A stretch of 64,000 bases of DNA from Octopus vulgaris (taxonomy: Eukaryota), in NCBI GenBank assembly GCA_951406725.2, contig OX597826.1:21948001-22012000 (forward strand), written 5' to 3'. Under the pieces are notes generated by a model. That model searched no databases. It had not been told where the DNA came from and saw only the letters and a list, made by a program, of their open reading frames with translations. Both the position numbers and the translations under genes were made by a program. Positions 52,003 through 64,000 of the stretch are shown in pieces. Position 1 is the stretch's first letter, and every line of letters begins with the position of its first letter.

Positions 52003-55000
52003 TGTTATGCATTGTTTGGTTCTTGATGGGCTGATAGACAACTCAATGAAGGCATTGTTATTGTTTTACGTGTTTATTCACTTGTTACACGAACTGTCAA
52101 CATTCAGCGTAGTAATACATATATACTTTAGACACAGTTCGTACTGTTTACTAATAAAATAGTGCCAAAAGTGGGGATGTATTCTACACACGTATACCTA
52201 CGTATACACATAGATATGAATGTGTAACATCCCTTCTTCTTGAAAAAAATAAAGGGGTCTTTTGGCAGTGAAGACAAATATAAGTAGTCTCCCTTACTCT
52301 AATGGATAGTCAGTGCAAGGTGGCAATCCTGCAGCAGAAACCGTGAGATTATTCTACCTGCTCACGTGGTTTTCTGCTTTGTAATCTAGCAGAATTAGTT
52401 ATTTATCTTTTCGTTTTCTTTTTTTTTTTCTTTAATGGTATCGAACCGGTGGCAGAATGTTCTTTCTCCATCTGGTGGATCTTGTGCTTCGCACCGGTGT
52501 CTGAGGTGTGTTGTTGGGCTGCTGATGGGTGGTTGGTGCCCGTTGGGGTGATGATTCTGTGGGTGTTTCCTGAAGTCATGGGAGCTGTGCTGTGCTGTTT
52601 TCTTACTTTGTAAATATGTCCACGGGTGTTAGATGGGTGGAGTTTGAAAAGGTGCTCAGAGTTATTGTTTGTACGATGGTTGATAATTTTATGGGTGTCT
52701 GCCAAGTCAGCTGCCAGACATTGGAGTTTCAATGTGTCCATGCCCAGGGAAGTAAGGCGTTCAGGATATGGCAAATGCCTGATGGAGGGTATTCTTTTGG
52801 TTGCACGTCACTGAACAGCTTCCAGACGATTGATATCCTGGGCAAAATAGGGGTTCCAGACCGGTGATGCAAATTCCAGGTGAGGTCTTACCATAGCTAT
52901 ATAAAGCCGCAGATAGATAGCCGGAGAGCGGCTTACAAAGGATTTGGTGAGTGATGCCAAGACACCCTCAGCCTTCTTGACAATTTTAGCGATGTGTTTT
53001 GTCCAACATAAATCACTGTCGACAATAACACCCAGGTCACGTTCACATGAAGACTTTTTGAGACTAGTGTTGTGGAGGGAGTAGGTGGACGCTGGGTTTC
53101 TCCTCCCAAAATGCATGGTGGTACATTTGTCCACAGCCAGCTTGAGTTGCCAGTCCATGATCCACTGCTGCATTGTGTCCAGGTCTGCTTGCAATAGAGA
53201 TCTATAGTGTACAGGATTTGACCTCTTTATTTTGAGGTACAGCTTGATGTCATCTGCATATTTCAGCACTGTGGCATTCTTTAAGTTGGCATCTATGTCA
53301 TTAACATATGCAACAAATAAAAGGGGGCCAAGAACAGATCCCTGTGGTACACCAGATGTCATCTCATAGGGCGAAGAGTGCTGTCCTAGAACTGTGACAA
53401 CCTCTTTTCGGCTGAAAATAAAGGACTTCAACCAGTTATAGAGTTCATCTCTTACACCAAACGCAGAAAGCTTCACCATAAGTCTTTTGTGTGGCACAGA
53501 GTTAAAAGCCTTAGCAAAGTCCAGGTAAACAACATCCACCCAGGATCCGCGATCAGTGATTTGGGTAAAGTCCTCAAGAAACTCGATGAGTTGATTACAG
53601 CAGCTGGAGTTAGGAATAAATCCGAATTGTGACGGCTGGATGAGGCTGTGAGACTTCCAGAAGTTCCAGAGGGTTTCTCTGATACAGGATTCCATCAGTT
53701 TGGTGATGCAGCTAGTAAGACTGACGGGGCGATAGTTGACAGGCGATGTGCGGTCGCCTTTTTTGAACAGAGGGATGACGCTGGCAGTTTTCCACTGTTC
53801 TGGAGTAACACCATTGTCAAGACAGAATTGGAAGAATAGAGAAAGTTGGCTTAGAAGAAAGTACCCACCGCGTTTGAGAAGTAGGTATGTAACACCATCG
53901 AGACCAGGAGAGGCATAATTGCGTTTATTCTTAAGGTGGCGTTGCAGCATTGCTGGTGTAAATTGCATAGTAGATGTAGAAACTGTCTTTTCTGTCTTTG
54001 TACATGCCTACCCAATATACTGCTGACTTGGCTCAGAGCTTGGCCCTTGGTGGATCTTGTCAAGAATCTCTTTTTGCATTGACTTGGGTATAATTATTCA
54101 GGATCCAGCCATCAGAATTCCATTCTCCACTGATATATCATCATGGATGGCCCAATATTCACGAATGAGGGGCTGCACCTGATGTCTCTTTTCTGGCCAC
54201 CCCTGAATCACCATCTGAATAAGGAGCTGGAGTTCATCTTTGCCGGTCTCCTCTTTGATTTCTGCTAGCTTTGTGGTTGTCACATTTACAATGTGGTGGA
54301 CCTTTATGCGTATTCCTTCCATCTCCTGTTTATCATGTGATGATAGTCTGGAAAGAGCATCCGCCAATATCAGGTCTTTTCCTGGCTTGTACCTGATATC
54401 GCAGTCGTATGTTTGAAGCCTTAACAGTAATCTTTGCAGTCTGGCTGGTGCTTTCATGAGGTTTTTTCTATGTATTTGTTCTAGCGAGCGATGGTCTGTT
54501 TCAATATTGAAATGTCTGCGATACAGGTATGTATGGAACTTTTCACATCCATATACTACTGCCAGGAGTTCCCTTTCAATATTTGCGTACCTTGTCTCTG
54601 TGGGTGAGGGAGCTTTCGAGGCATATGCAATGGGTTTACCTTCCTGTATCAGTGCTGCGCCAACTCCTCTCATAGAAGCATCGACTTGGAGGTTACTGGT
54701 TTGCGTCTGTCATAGTATTACAGAGTTGTCTCCTTACTGATGAGCTTTTTGATTGCTTTGAAATCCTGTGTGTGTGAAGCACACCAATCGAACTATACGT
54801 CATCTTTGTTTATATCTCGGAGATTTGCAGTGTGATCGGCCAGCTTGGGTATGAAGGCTCCCATGTAGTGGATGAGTCCCAGGAAGCTCCTGAGTTCCTT
54901 CTTGTCATTGGGTTCTTTAATGTCTCTGATGGCTTCCACTTTAGCGGGGTCTGGTTTAACTCCCTCTGCAGAGTATATAATTCCAAAGAATTTGCACTCC

Positions 55001-57335
55001 TTTGCTTTTATCACACACTTGTCTGCATTGAGTTTGATGCCTACTTGTCGGGTTTTCTCCATAGCTTCATATAAATTCAAGTCATGTGTAGTCTCATCCT
55101 TGCCATGCACTTGGATGTCATCTGCTATTCCAATTGCTCCCTTACAGCCTTGGTAGGTCTCATCTATTTGGCGCTGGAAAACATCTTGGCTCACCTTCAA
55201 TCCAAATGGGAGTCGGTTGAATCGATATCTGCCAAATGGTGTGTTGAAGGTAGTGAGGTTGGATGACTCTTTGTCTATCTTTACATTCCAATACCCATTA
55301 CTGGCATCCAGTTTGCTGAATAATTTGAATCCAGCCAATGATGGTGTGATTTCTTCAAGGGTTGGAATTGGATGGTACTCTCTTTTTAATGCCTTGTTCA
55401 GGTCCCTTGGGCCGAGGCATATCTGTAGGGTACCATTGGGTTTTTCCTTGATTACAATTGAATTCTCCCAGTCTGTTGGTCGTGTCACTTTGGTGATTAT
55501 TTCCTTTTTTTCCATTCTGTCCAACTCTGCCTTCAGCATCTCTTTTAGTTCTTAGAGGGACGCGGCGAGGTGGGTGAACAATTGGTTTGATATTGGGGTC
55601 GACTGTTATATGGTATCAACATTTCACAAAGCACCCAACTGTATCGTCAAAGCATTCATGGTACATGCTTATCAGTTCTTCTTTGTTTGTGATTGGTGGT
55701 CGGTCTTTGATAAGCATATCTCTGTCAATCCTGCTCGGAGCTGCCTTCACTTCACCATTGATTGACACAATATTAAGCCTTTTGCAGGTATTGAGTCCAA
55801 GAATTGCTGGTCCTTCTGTTCTTGTGACATAAAAAGAACACTTGATTATTTTTCATTTGTATTTCCCTGTGATTGTTGTTTTGCCCTGTTGTGGAATCCT
55901 GGTACCTCCGTACGCAGTGAGGATTACATCACTTGGTGTGAGGATTCCTTCTTTGATTTTATCCACTTGTGTCATGTGTTCTGGGAACATCTTTTTGTAG
56001 AGGTTGACAGGCAAGATATCACTCTGGGCTCCAGTGTCAATCTTTAGCCTTAAGTCAATGTTTATTTGTTTCTTGCCAGACTTCTTTTGTATTCGTATCG
56101 TTGTGTATGCCTCATTTTTTTTTCTGGTCGTCATTTCCCATCTCATGCACATTTATTGTGCCGACTGCCAAGAATTCCTCCTCTGAGGTGTTTTGTTCTT
56201 GTTGTTGGGCATGTATATCTCTTCTATTTCCGCTCCTCTTTGAAAATTGGGGCTTGTCTTTCTGGGATTTTGTTAGCCTACACATTTTTTCCCAGTGGTT
56301 GGGTTTTCCACATGCTTTGCAGTGTGTACCGAATGCAGGACATTTCTTCTGGTTATTAAACTCATGCTCTGTACCACAGTATTGGCATGTTCTTTGTTTG
56401 CAGGTATGTTTCGTCCTATGCCTAGATACAATATCTACACTGCTGCCTAGTGAGCTTGTTTGTAAGGTAAGTGAGGCCATTTGTTTGGTAGTGGCTTCGA
56501 ATGCTCTTGCAGTGTCTACTGCTTCTATCAACTGGAGAGCGTCCTTACCTATGAGTGATTTCTATTAATTGATCAACAATTCTTTCGTCCTTATCTTTGA
56601 ATTTGCATTTTTCGGCAACATTCTTTAATCTGGACAGGAAATTGTCAATCGTTTCTTGTGGGTCTTGTTTCAGGCCCTGGAATTCGTATCTGTGAATTCT
56701 ATGGTTCGATCTGGGCTCTAGGTGCCTTTCAAATTTCTCTAAAAGTGTGTCTGGTTTATTGCAATTCGATTCTGACATATCCCAGCTATTGAATAGGTCT
56801 AGGCCCTTCTCTCCCGGCCATAAAAGGATATAGCTTACCTTTTCATCGTCAGTTATACCTTTCAGGAAACATTTGAAAGCTAGTTGAGTTTTCTGTTTGA
56901 ATTTCTTGAACGCTTCCACGATATCATCGGAGTCCCAGTTCATGATCGGATGTAGATTCATCTGTACAGCGACGGGGGTCGCCATTTTGGATCGTCGTGT
57001 ATGTGTGTCCGAAGACAAAGCGATGTTTTGTTTGTTAAATTTCTGGTTCGTTGTGTTTCTGTTTTGTTGTAAAGGCACAGTTTCCGATTAATTATTTACC
57101 GCTGCAGCCATGTTATGTGTAGTTTCGTTCTGATGGGATAGACAACTCAATATGAAGCCATTGTTATTGTTTTACGTGTTTATTTACTTTTCATGTTACA
57201 AGGACTGTCAACATTCATCGTAGTGATACATATATACTTTAGACACAGTTCGTACTGTTACTAACAAAATAGTGCCAAAAGTGGGGATGCATTCTACATA
57301 CGTATACCTACGTATACACATAGATATGAATGGAT

Positions 57336-57339
<4 letters not shown>
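52003..57339 (-). mobile_element. Gypsy LTR retrotransposon, rearranged, integrase core lost
   Basis: LTRs 57111-57339 and 52003-52229; PBS TGGCTGCAGCGGT (tRNA-Leu-like); PPT AAGAAGAAGGGA; gag with Cys/His knuckles; IDTGA protease; RT (KLDASNGYW, FNRLPFGL, IADD); RNase H (ERELLAV, TDH..L); truncated IN zinc finger. Confidence 0.9.
52566..53974 (-). mobile_element. CR1 LINE fragment nested in the Gypsy element
   Basis: RT ORF 52808-53968 is nearly identical to 16810-18539 but lacks the inverted insert and the 3' tail. Confidence 0.92.
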
Positions 57340-57374
<35 letters not shown>

Positions 57375-57378
<4 letters not shown>

Positions 57379-58090
57379 GATGATCCTTCAAGAAAAGTAG
57401 AATTGCCTGTCTATATGCTCGCTGGCAGCGAGGGCCTCGGGGACAAATGGCCTTACACTAGATAGACTTAGGAAAGACTTAATCAGCATGCTTGCCTCCA
57501 TGGGCTTGAAGATCACCATAGAAACAGCGGACTTCTTAGACCTCACGCTTGACATAGGCTCCAGTACTTACAGGCCATACCGCAAACCAAACGAGAGGCC
57601 ATCGTACACAGCCTCAAGTCACCCACCTATAGCACTCAAGAACTTGGTAAAAGATTCAGTAAGAGGATTTCGAGCCTTTCCTCTAGCCAGGAACCCTTTG
57701 ACGAGCAGTCCCGTACAATAATGATGCCCTAGGTGCCAGTGGGTTTAGGGACCGCATCACCTACATACCGGAACCCAACAGCCAAAGAAGGAAGCCCCAC
57801 AGAAACATCATTTGGTTTGCCTCCCCTACATCCTTAATACAATAACCTATAGGTAGACTATTCCTTAAATTAATAGATAAGCATTTCACTAGCATCCATA
57901 GGTACGGACCCATTTCCAACAGGCACAACATTAGGGTCTCATTTAGCTGCGGCCCCAATATTAAGAGCATCCTAGCTAGCACCTCTAGGACACAGGAATA
58001 GGCGGGTTGTTCATACAGGATTTGAAACAGTTGCTCGGTCGGAGGCCGCTGCGAAACCAAAGGGGTCGTATATCAAGCGCAGGTTCTAAC
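57375..58090 (+). mobile_element. Penelope-like element fragment (RT thumb, linker, start of GIY-YIG)
   Basis: DFLDLTLD...YRPYRKPN, SSHPP, RNIIWF, FLKLIDKHF, VSFSC.PNIK and C...GVVYQAQV motifs. Confidence 0.8.
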
Positions 58091-58215
58091 ACGACATGCC
58101 TTTAACACCGGCAGAAAGAATAACAGCTGTAGACATGAGAACAGAGCCAGTAAGACAGCCACCATTGTTACAATGGATGGCAACATCACTAACAACAACA
58201 ATGGATAAGCATTTT

Positions 58216-59022
58216 GGATCTTTTCCTTTTGAACGGCACATGTCAACACAATTTCTAGTTAACTAAACACTTTTAAACTTCGTATACTGGTAGAATGTGT
58301 TTATAAAACATCATTTTTTCTTGGCTTTATTGTGAAAATTCTATAGTTTGTAAGATATTTCGTCTGAAATTTCGAGCATTTCGGCAATTTTAACCAATCA
58401 CTGACCTCCATTTGGGGTGAAAACATTCCGTGCTGTATGAATATGTCCCTCGTTTAAGAAACAAATTGGGTTTATTTACATTTGTGAAGAAAAAAAGATA
58501 CCCTTCCCCCACCCTAAATCTAAAATAGATTGAAATGCAATAGATCGATACTAGGGTTATAATTATGGGTGACAATTTCATACGACACCGCTACAGAAAA
58601 TGGGATTTTTTTCTAGTGGTGTCAAATGAAAATGTCACTCATAATTATAACCCTAGTATCGATCTATTGCATTTCAATCTATTTTAGATTTAGGGTTAGA
58701 TTTAAGGTTAGAGTTAGGGTTAGGGGTGGGGGAAGGGTATCTTTTTTTCTTCGCAAATGTAAATAAACCCAATCTGTTTCTTAAACGAGGGACATATTCA
58801 TACAGCACGGAATGTTTTCACCCCAAATGGAGGTCAACGATTGGTTAAAATTGCCGAAATGCTCGAAATTTCAGACGAAATATCTTACAAACTATAGAAT
58901 TTTCTCAATAAAGCCAAGAAAAAATGATGTTTTATAAACACCTTCTACCAGTATACGAAGTTTTAAAGTGTTTAGTTAACTAGAAATTGTGTTGACATGT
59001 GCCGTTCAAAAGGAAAAGATCC
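58216..59022. mobile_element. 807-bp palindromic MITE of the GGATC family
   Basis: About 380-400-bp inverted arms; TSD AGCATTTT at 58208-58215 and 59023-59030. Confidence 0.9.
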
Positions 59023-59251
59023 AGCATTTTTTTAAACTCGACAACCATCGTGTTGGTATTAACACGGGATGAGCAGAGTAAATAGGGCAGCCTCTTTAAT
59101 GTCTGTAATCGAAAGGACGAATACGTTATGTTTAAGGAACCCCCTTTTACGTCACTATGTGCGCACGTGCGGGTGTGTATGTATGTATGTATGTATGTAT
59201 GTATGTATGTATGTATGTATGTATGTATGTATGTATGTATGTGTGTATGTG

Positions 59252-59304
<53 letters not shown>

Positions 59305-59734
59305 TCAAAAATTCCTTCATAGAATTCACGCAGCGAAAAGGAAAACAATTACAAATTTCACTGGGAAATTTAATAGCTTAATTGTTTAACAAACATATTG
59401 GACGGACATAAGTAACAGACACCATGAAGAGATTTTATGCGACCAAACATATTGAACCATTGGATCAGTTATTCAAACCGATGAGGAAGACGGCACAATA
59501 TAATTGAAAGAGACGGTAGTTATCTACAATGGAAGAAAATACCACGTGTAAGGTGAGGGTAAAAGAAAACCACGACTGACGTTGAACGACAGTAAGTACA
59601 TCCAAAATTTATAAAGCAGCAACATACATAGATACTTGTAGCACACATATATATACGTGCAGAGTGAAAATAAATCACACTATTTAATGTGACAGACTAC
59701 ACTGCAAAAAATCAAAAAATTCACTGATTGGGGA

Positions 59735-60008
59735 GGGGGCTCGGAAAATACCCACGATCAAACGTAGAGGATCCGAGCAATAAACCTCAACGCCCGGTCG
59801 CAGGAGCGCAACAGAAACCGTCTAAATACTTCTCATGCAATGTGTATACAACAAATATCGAGAAAAAAATGCGCGCTGACAAACGGGGGCTCGGAAAATA
59901 CCCACGATCAACCGTAGAGGATCCGAGCAATAAACCTCAACGCCCGGTCGCAGGAGCGCAACAGAAACCGTCTAAATACTTCTCATGCAATGTGTATACA
60001 ACAAATAT
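59735..60008. repeat. Two about 124-bp direct repeats, 150-bp period
   Basis: gggggctcggaaaatacccacgatca...acaaatat occurs twice with about 1 mismatch. Confidence 0.9.
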
Positions 60009-60019
60009 TGTTGGGTGGA

Positions 60020-60204
60020 CAAACACACACACACATATATATACATATATACGACGGGCTTCTTAAAGGTTCCGTCTACCAAACCCACTCACAAGGCTTT
60101 TGCTGGCTCGAGGCTATAGTAGAAGACACTTGACCAAAGTACCACGCAGTGGGACTGAACCCGGAACCATGTGGTTGGTGAGGAAGCTACTTACCACACA
60201 GCCA
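60020..60204 (-). mobile_element. SINE 5' half
   Basis: Matches 6540-6745. Confidence 0.8.
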
Positions 60205-60889
60205 TCCACTCTTTCTCGAACACATCTCTTCTAAACCCTGCCAACGCTGTTTCCCCGAACACACTTCTCGACAAAGCTCATATTTTTTTGTAACTTTCAA
60301 ATAAAATAATTAAAAAAAAACCTTAATTTCATATTGATGTGGGGAAAATACTCCGAAAGAAATATTTGCAGAAAGGTGAGTAGATTCATTACACAATTCA
60401 TTTCATTGTGTTACCGCAGTTTAGTGAGATTTGGCTGTTATTTCTAGCATGAAAATAGCCGGCTTGAGGGGGATATATCTTCTCTATATATAAAACTGAA
60501 ATGCGTTTTTACCGCTTGGATCGCTTTCAATGCCACTACATCCCGTCCGATTCGCTCCAAAATTTACAGGGACATGTAGAATGAGGTGACGATGCTCGTG
60601 GGCTACCTTAGAAATCCCTATCTTAAAAGGTGTGGTTGCTAGGGGCTATCTTCCTCACTCACCCTATTTCCTCCTTTCCCTCTCTTACTCCCCTTCATAA
60701 CTTTCAGAAGTCCACTACCGTTATTTAAAGTATCTGTCACTATCGCTATTTCCTTTCTTTTTCACTGACTCTGTTTCCTACCTTCCTATCACTTCGGCGA
60801 CGTTCTTTTAAGTATATGTTTGTCACCAACAAACAACACACGAGCATGAGAACAAATATTATGAATCAGATATTCTTGTGTTCATTTAT

Positions 60890-61228
60890 ATGTGTGTGTG
60901 TGTGTTCTATATATAAATATGTATATATAATGTATGTGTGTGTGTGTGTGTGTTCTATATATAAATATGTATATATAATGTATGTGTGTGTGTGTGTGTG
61001 TTCTATATATAAATATGTATATATAATGTATGTGTGTGTGTGTGTGTGTGTTCTATATATAAATATGTATATATAATGTATGTGTGTGTGTGTGTGTTCT
61101 ATATATAAATATGTATATATAATGTATGTGTGTGTGTGTGTGTGTTCTATATATAAATATGTATATATAATGTATGTGTGTGTGTGTGTGTGTTCTATAT
61201 ATAAATATGTATATATAATGTATATATA
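60890..61228. repeat. About 40-bp minisatellite, about 8 units, with variable (TG)n
   Basis: Unit (tg)n-ttctatatataaatatgtatatataatgta. Confidence 0.95.
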
Positions 61229-61372
61229 CAAAGTGTATATATCTGTATTTATGTATATTAAACTTTTTCATACTTTTTCATAGTTATATATATTTTTAAA
61301 CAAATTATAAATGTAATTTAATAATTTTTATTTTCAATTTAAATAATTTAAAGTTTTCAATTTTATATTTTA

Positions 61373-61775
61373 CTAGCAGTATCGCCCGGCGTTGCTCGGG
61401 TTTGTAAGGGAAATAACTATATAAGCATTTTTAGTGAGTTATAGCAAAAAAAATAGCAAAAAATGCATTAAAAATGGAATAAAAAATGATAGTAATTTTT
61501 TTTTAAATCGTTGACTCATCGTAGACATTTTTAGAGAGTTACTTCCCTTATATAATAGCGAAAAATGCATTAAAATGGAATAAAAAATGATGGTAAATTT
61601 TTTTTTAAATCGTAGACTCATCGTAGACGCGCGCTAATACCCAGAAGGGCTCGATATGAATCACGACTATAAGATACCCGGTTTTGGTTACACTGCACCG
61701 CAAAATGTGGGAGTAGTTAGGAATCTAAATCGAAGGGGACAGACACTCAAACACCTACAGTTTTATATATATAGA
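61373..61775 (-). mobile_element. Non-autonomous Helitron
   Basis: Minus strand A|TCTATATATATAAAA...CCCGAGCAACGCCGGG...CTAG|T; no TSD. Confidence 0.85.
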
Positions 61776-61918
61776 TATATTTTCTATGTTATATTTTCTT
61801 TTTTTATGTTTTTGTTTTTGGTTTTTCACTGTTTGATTTGCCTATTAGTGGTTTTATCTCTAATTTAATTTATACAGATATATATCTCATTTGTATACAT
61901 TTGTATATATAATGCGTG

Positions 61919-61962
<44 letters not shown>

Positions 61963-62782
61963 TATATAATGTGTGCATTACGTAGTCGGTCGATTCAGCT
62001 GAAAATATGCACACCTATGTTAAAGGTGCTGACAAGTTTGCATGACAACTATTTTGTTCCTCAAATGAAAGGCGTCACCTCTAGGACAACATTCCTCATC
62101 TTATAAAATGTGGCCCCAGTAGACCCGAATGAAATCGGGTTATATTAACCAACATGTGAAAAGGGGTCTAAATGGGGCTGGAAGGGGATTAAAATTTCAA
62201 GGAGCGGGTGTTTAGGAATTCTCTGTTACATCAAGCTAAAAAATTTGCGCCAGCCTTTTAATCGTCAATGTGTTGCCGTCCATGATAAAGAAGTTTTGAA
62301 TGCTTGCAATGGTGAGTCTACTGTCGTGAGAAAGAATCACTTCAAAACTTGGTGTTTACGAATTTTCTTTTACATCAAGTTCAAAATTTTACGCCAGCCG
62401 TTAAACTGTCACTACGTTGCTGTCCGTCGTTAACAAATGCCAGCCATGGTGACTCTACTATCCTCAGATTCTATTCCTTCAAACTTTGGTTTCCAATATT
62501 TTATTATTTTTATTCAGCTCGCAAGTTCGTCTGTCCCTTTTAAATGTTAGCGTTTTGCTGTCTGCCTTGAAGCAGACCTTTCCATTGCCACTGCCTCATA
62601 TTTCTGATTGATCTTTCTAAATATTTTATTTCTCAACTTACTCAAGATCTTCTGTTGTTTATAAATGGGAGAGAGATAGATAAAGATAGAGAGTAAGAGA
62701 AAGCGAGGGAGAGTCCGAGAGAAAAGAAAAGTAAGAGAGTGGGAAAGTGAGAGAGAAAGGAGAGAGAAACAAATACGGAGAA

Positions 62783-63092
62783 TCATCATCATCATCATCG
62801 TTTAACGTCCGTTTTCCGTGCTAGCACGGGTTGGGCAGTGTGACCGGGGTCTCGGAAGCCAGGAGGCTGCACCAGGCTCCAGTCTGATCTGGCAGTGTTT
62901 CTACAGGTGGATGACCTTCCTAACGCCAACCACTCTGTGAGTGTAGTGAGTGCTTTTTTCGTGCCGCCAGCACTGGTGCCAGGGGGCTCGCAGTGGCAAC
63001 GATCGGTTGGTGCTTTTTACGTGCCACCGGCACAGAAGCAAGTCAAGGCGGTGCTGCAATCGGCCACGTTCGGATGGTGCTTTTTACGTGCC
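62783..63092 (-). mobile_element. RTE 3'-end fragment
   Basis: Matches the RTE 3' UTR, with repeated gtgcttttta cgtgcc units. Confidence 0.8.
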
Positions 63093-63159
63093 GAAAGGAA
63101 GCAACTGAAAGTAACACCCACACTCTTACCCGCGTGTAGAGCGGGTCACCTTCAGCTAG

Positions 63160-63525
63160 TCTTTATATATAAAAGTGAGGTTGTGTGCTATGTGTCTCCT
63201 ACGATTTAGATTCCTAACTACTCCCACATTTTGCGGTGCAGTTTAACCGAAACCGGGTATCTTATAGTCGTGATTCATATCGAGCCCTACGATGCGTCTA
63301 CGATTTAAAGAAAAATTTACCATCAATTTCCCCCATTTTTAACGCATTTTTGGCATAAGGGAAGTAACTCTCTAAAAATGTATTATTAAATCTCAGAGAA
63401 CGTAAAAAGCTACAGTAACCCCACCCCCTTTGTGGTTAACCATATTGAGATGGCTTTACATCTCTAAAAATGCTTATATAGTTATTTCCCTTACAAACCC
63501 GAGCAACGCCGGGCGATACTGCTAG
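63160..63525 (+). mobile_element. Non-autonomous Helitron, same family as 61373-61775
   Basis: TCTTTATATATAAAA start; identical 3' hairpin and CTAG|T. Confidence 0.85.
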
Positions 63526-63536
63526 TCTATATATAT

Positions 63537-63538
<2 letters not shown>

Positions 63539-63570
<32 letters not shown>

Positions 63571-64000
63571 CTAGTTTCAGCTCATGAGCTGTGGCCATGC
63601 TGGGGCACCGCCATTTGGTGTTGCTACATGGTTTTACTTCACGAAAGCTTTTTAGCAACTGCCATTTGGTGCATGAGAGAGTTCGATGCAGCTGCCCTCA
63701 TCTGCACCTCCTGCCGTGAAGTTGGTTCATCTGGGATACCTGACAGGAAGAGATCCAGTTTCATTTTAAAGACATCTGCATCCACCCCATGCAGGTCTCT
63801 TAGGTTCTTCGGGAGGATATTGAAGAGCTGTGGGCCTCGGAAGCCCAGGCTATCACAGTATCTTGTCCTACATCTTGATGGCAAATTTGGAGTCCTAGGC
63901 ACCACGCAGTGGCGCCCAGTTCTGGCATTTGTGTAACTCTCGATGCCAAAGTTTGGGACAAGTCCCTCCAGGATCTTCCAGATGTATATTATGGCATATC
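63539..64000 (-). mobile_element. CR1-group LINE 3' end, continues beyond the window
   Basis: YAIIYIWKILEGLVPN...GPQLFNILP...FKMKLDLFLSGIPDEP; 3' hairpin; (AATC)n tail. Confidence 0.85.

Larger units (their letters stand above)
60478..63159 (+). mobile_element. Putative non-autonomous Helitron containing nested repeats
   Basis: 5' A|TCTTCTCTATATATAAAA; 3' hairpin ACCCGC-gtgtaga-GCGGGT then CTAG|T. Pairing these two ends is inferred. Confidence 0.45.

Noticed and set aside
60890-61228. CRISPR-like repeat-spacer pattern
   Set aside because: The spacers are only (TG)n; eukaryotic minisatellite with no cas genes.

Overview
Eukaryotic, AT-rich, microsatellite-dense DNA made almost entirely of transposable elements and their remains. 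The SINE families and repeat load resemble a coleoid cephalopod (Octopus-like) genome; this is inference from memory, not a database result. No intact host gene is visible, only two weak candidate exons. Recognisable elements: a complete but decayed Gypsy provirus (33833-38905; 419-bp LTRs, ATCT TSD), a second, rearranged Gypsy (52003-57339, minus), a 5'-truncated Helitron Rep/helicase (about 47215-50283) plus nested and tandem non-autonomous Helitrons, several RTE LINEs (one family has a PHD finger inside ORF2), CR1-group LINEs, a decayed CRE-like element, a Penelope-like fragment, a Tc1/mariner fragment and many tRNA-derived SINEs. The most interesting signals are: (i) minimal hammerhead-ribozyme motifs in short non-coding repeats (10681-10721, 19257-19334, 45847-45882), one inside a direct-plus-inverted pLTR/retrozyme-like structure; (ii) a GGATC-ended, 8-9-bp-TSD MITE family that carries telomere-like hexamers, occurs as both a 420-bp form and an 807-bp palindrome, and has left an inverted-TSD rearrangement; (iii) a SINE/LINE shared 3' hairpin with compensatory changes; (iv) many local fold-back duplications. 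All coordinates were read by eye and may be off by a few bases, more for decayed elements.
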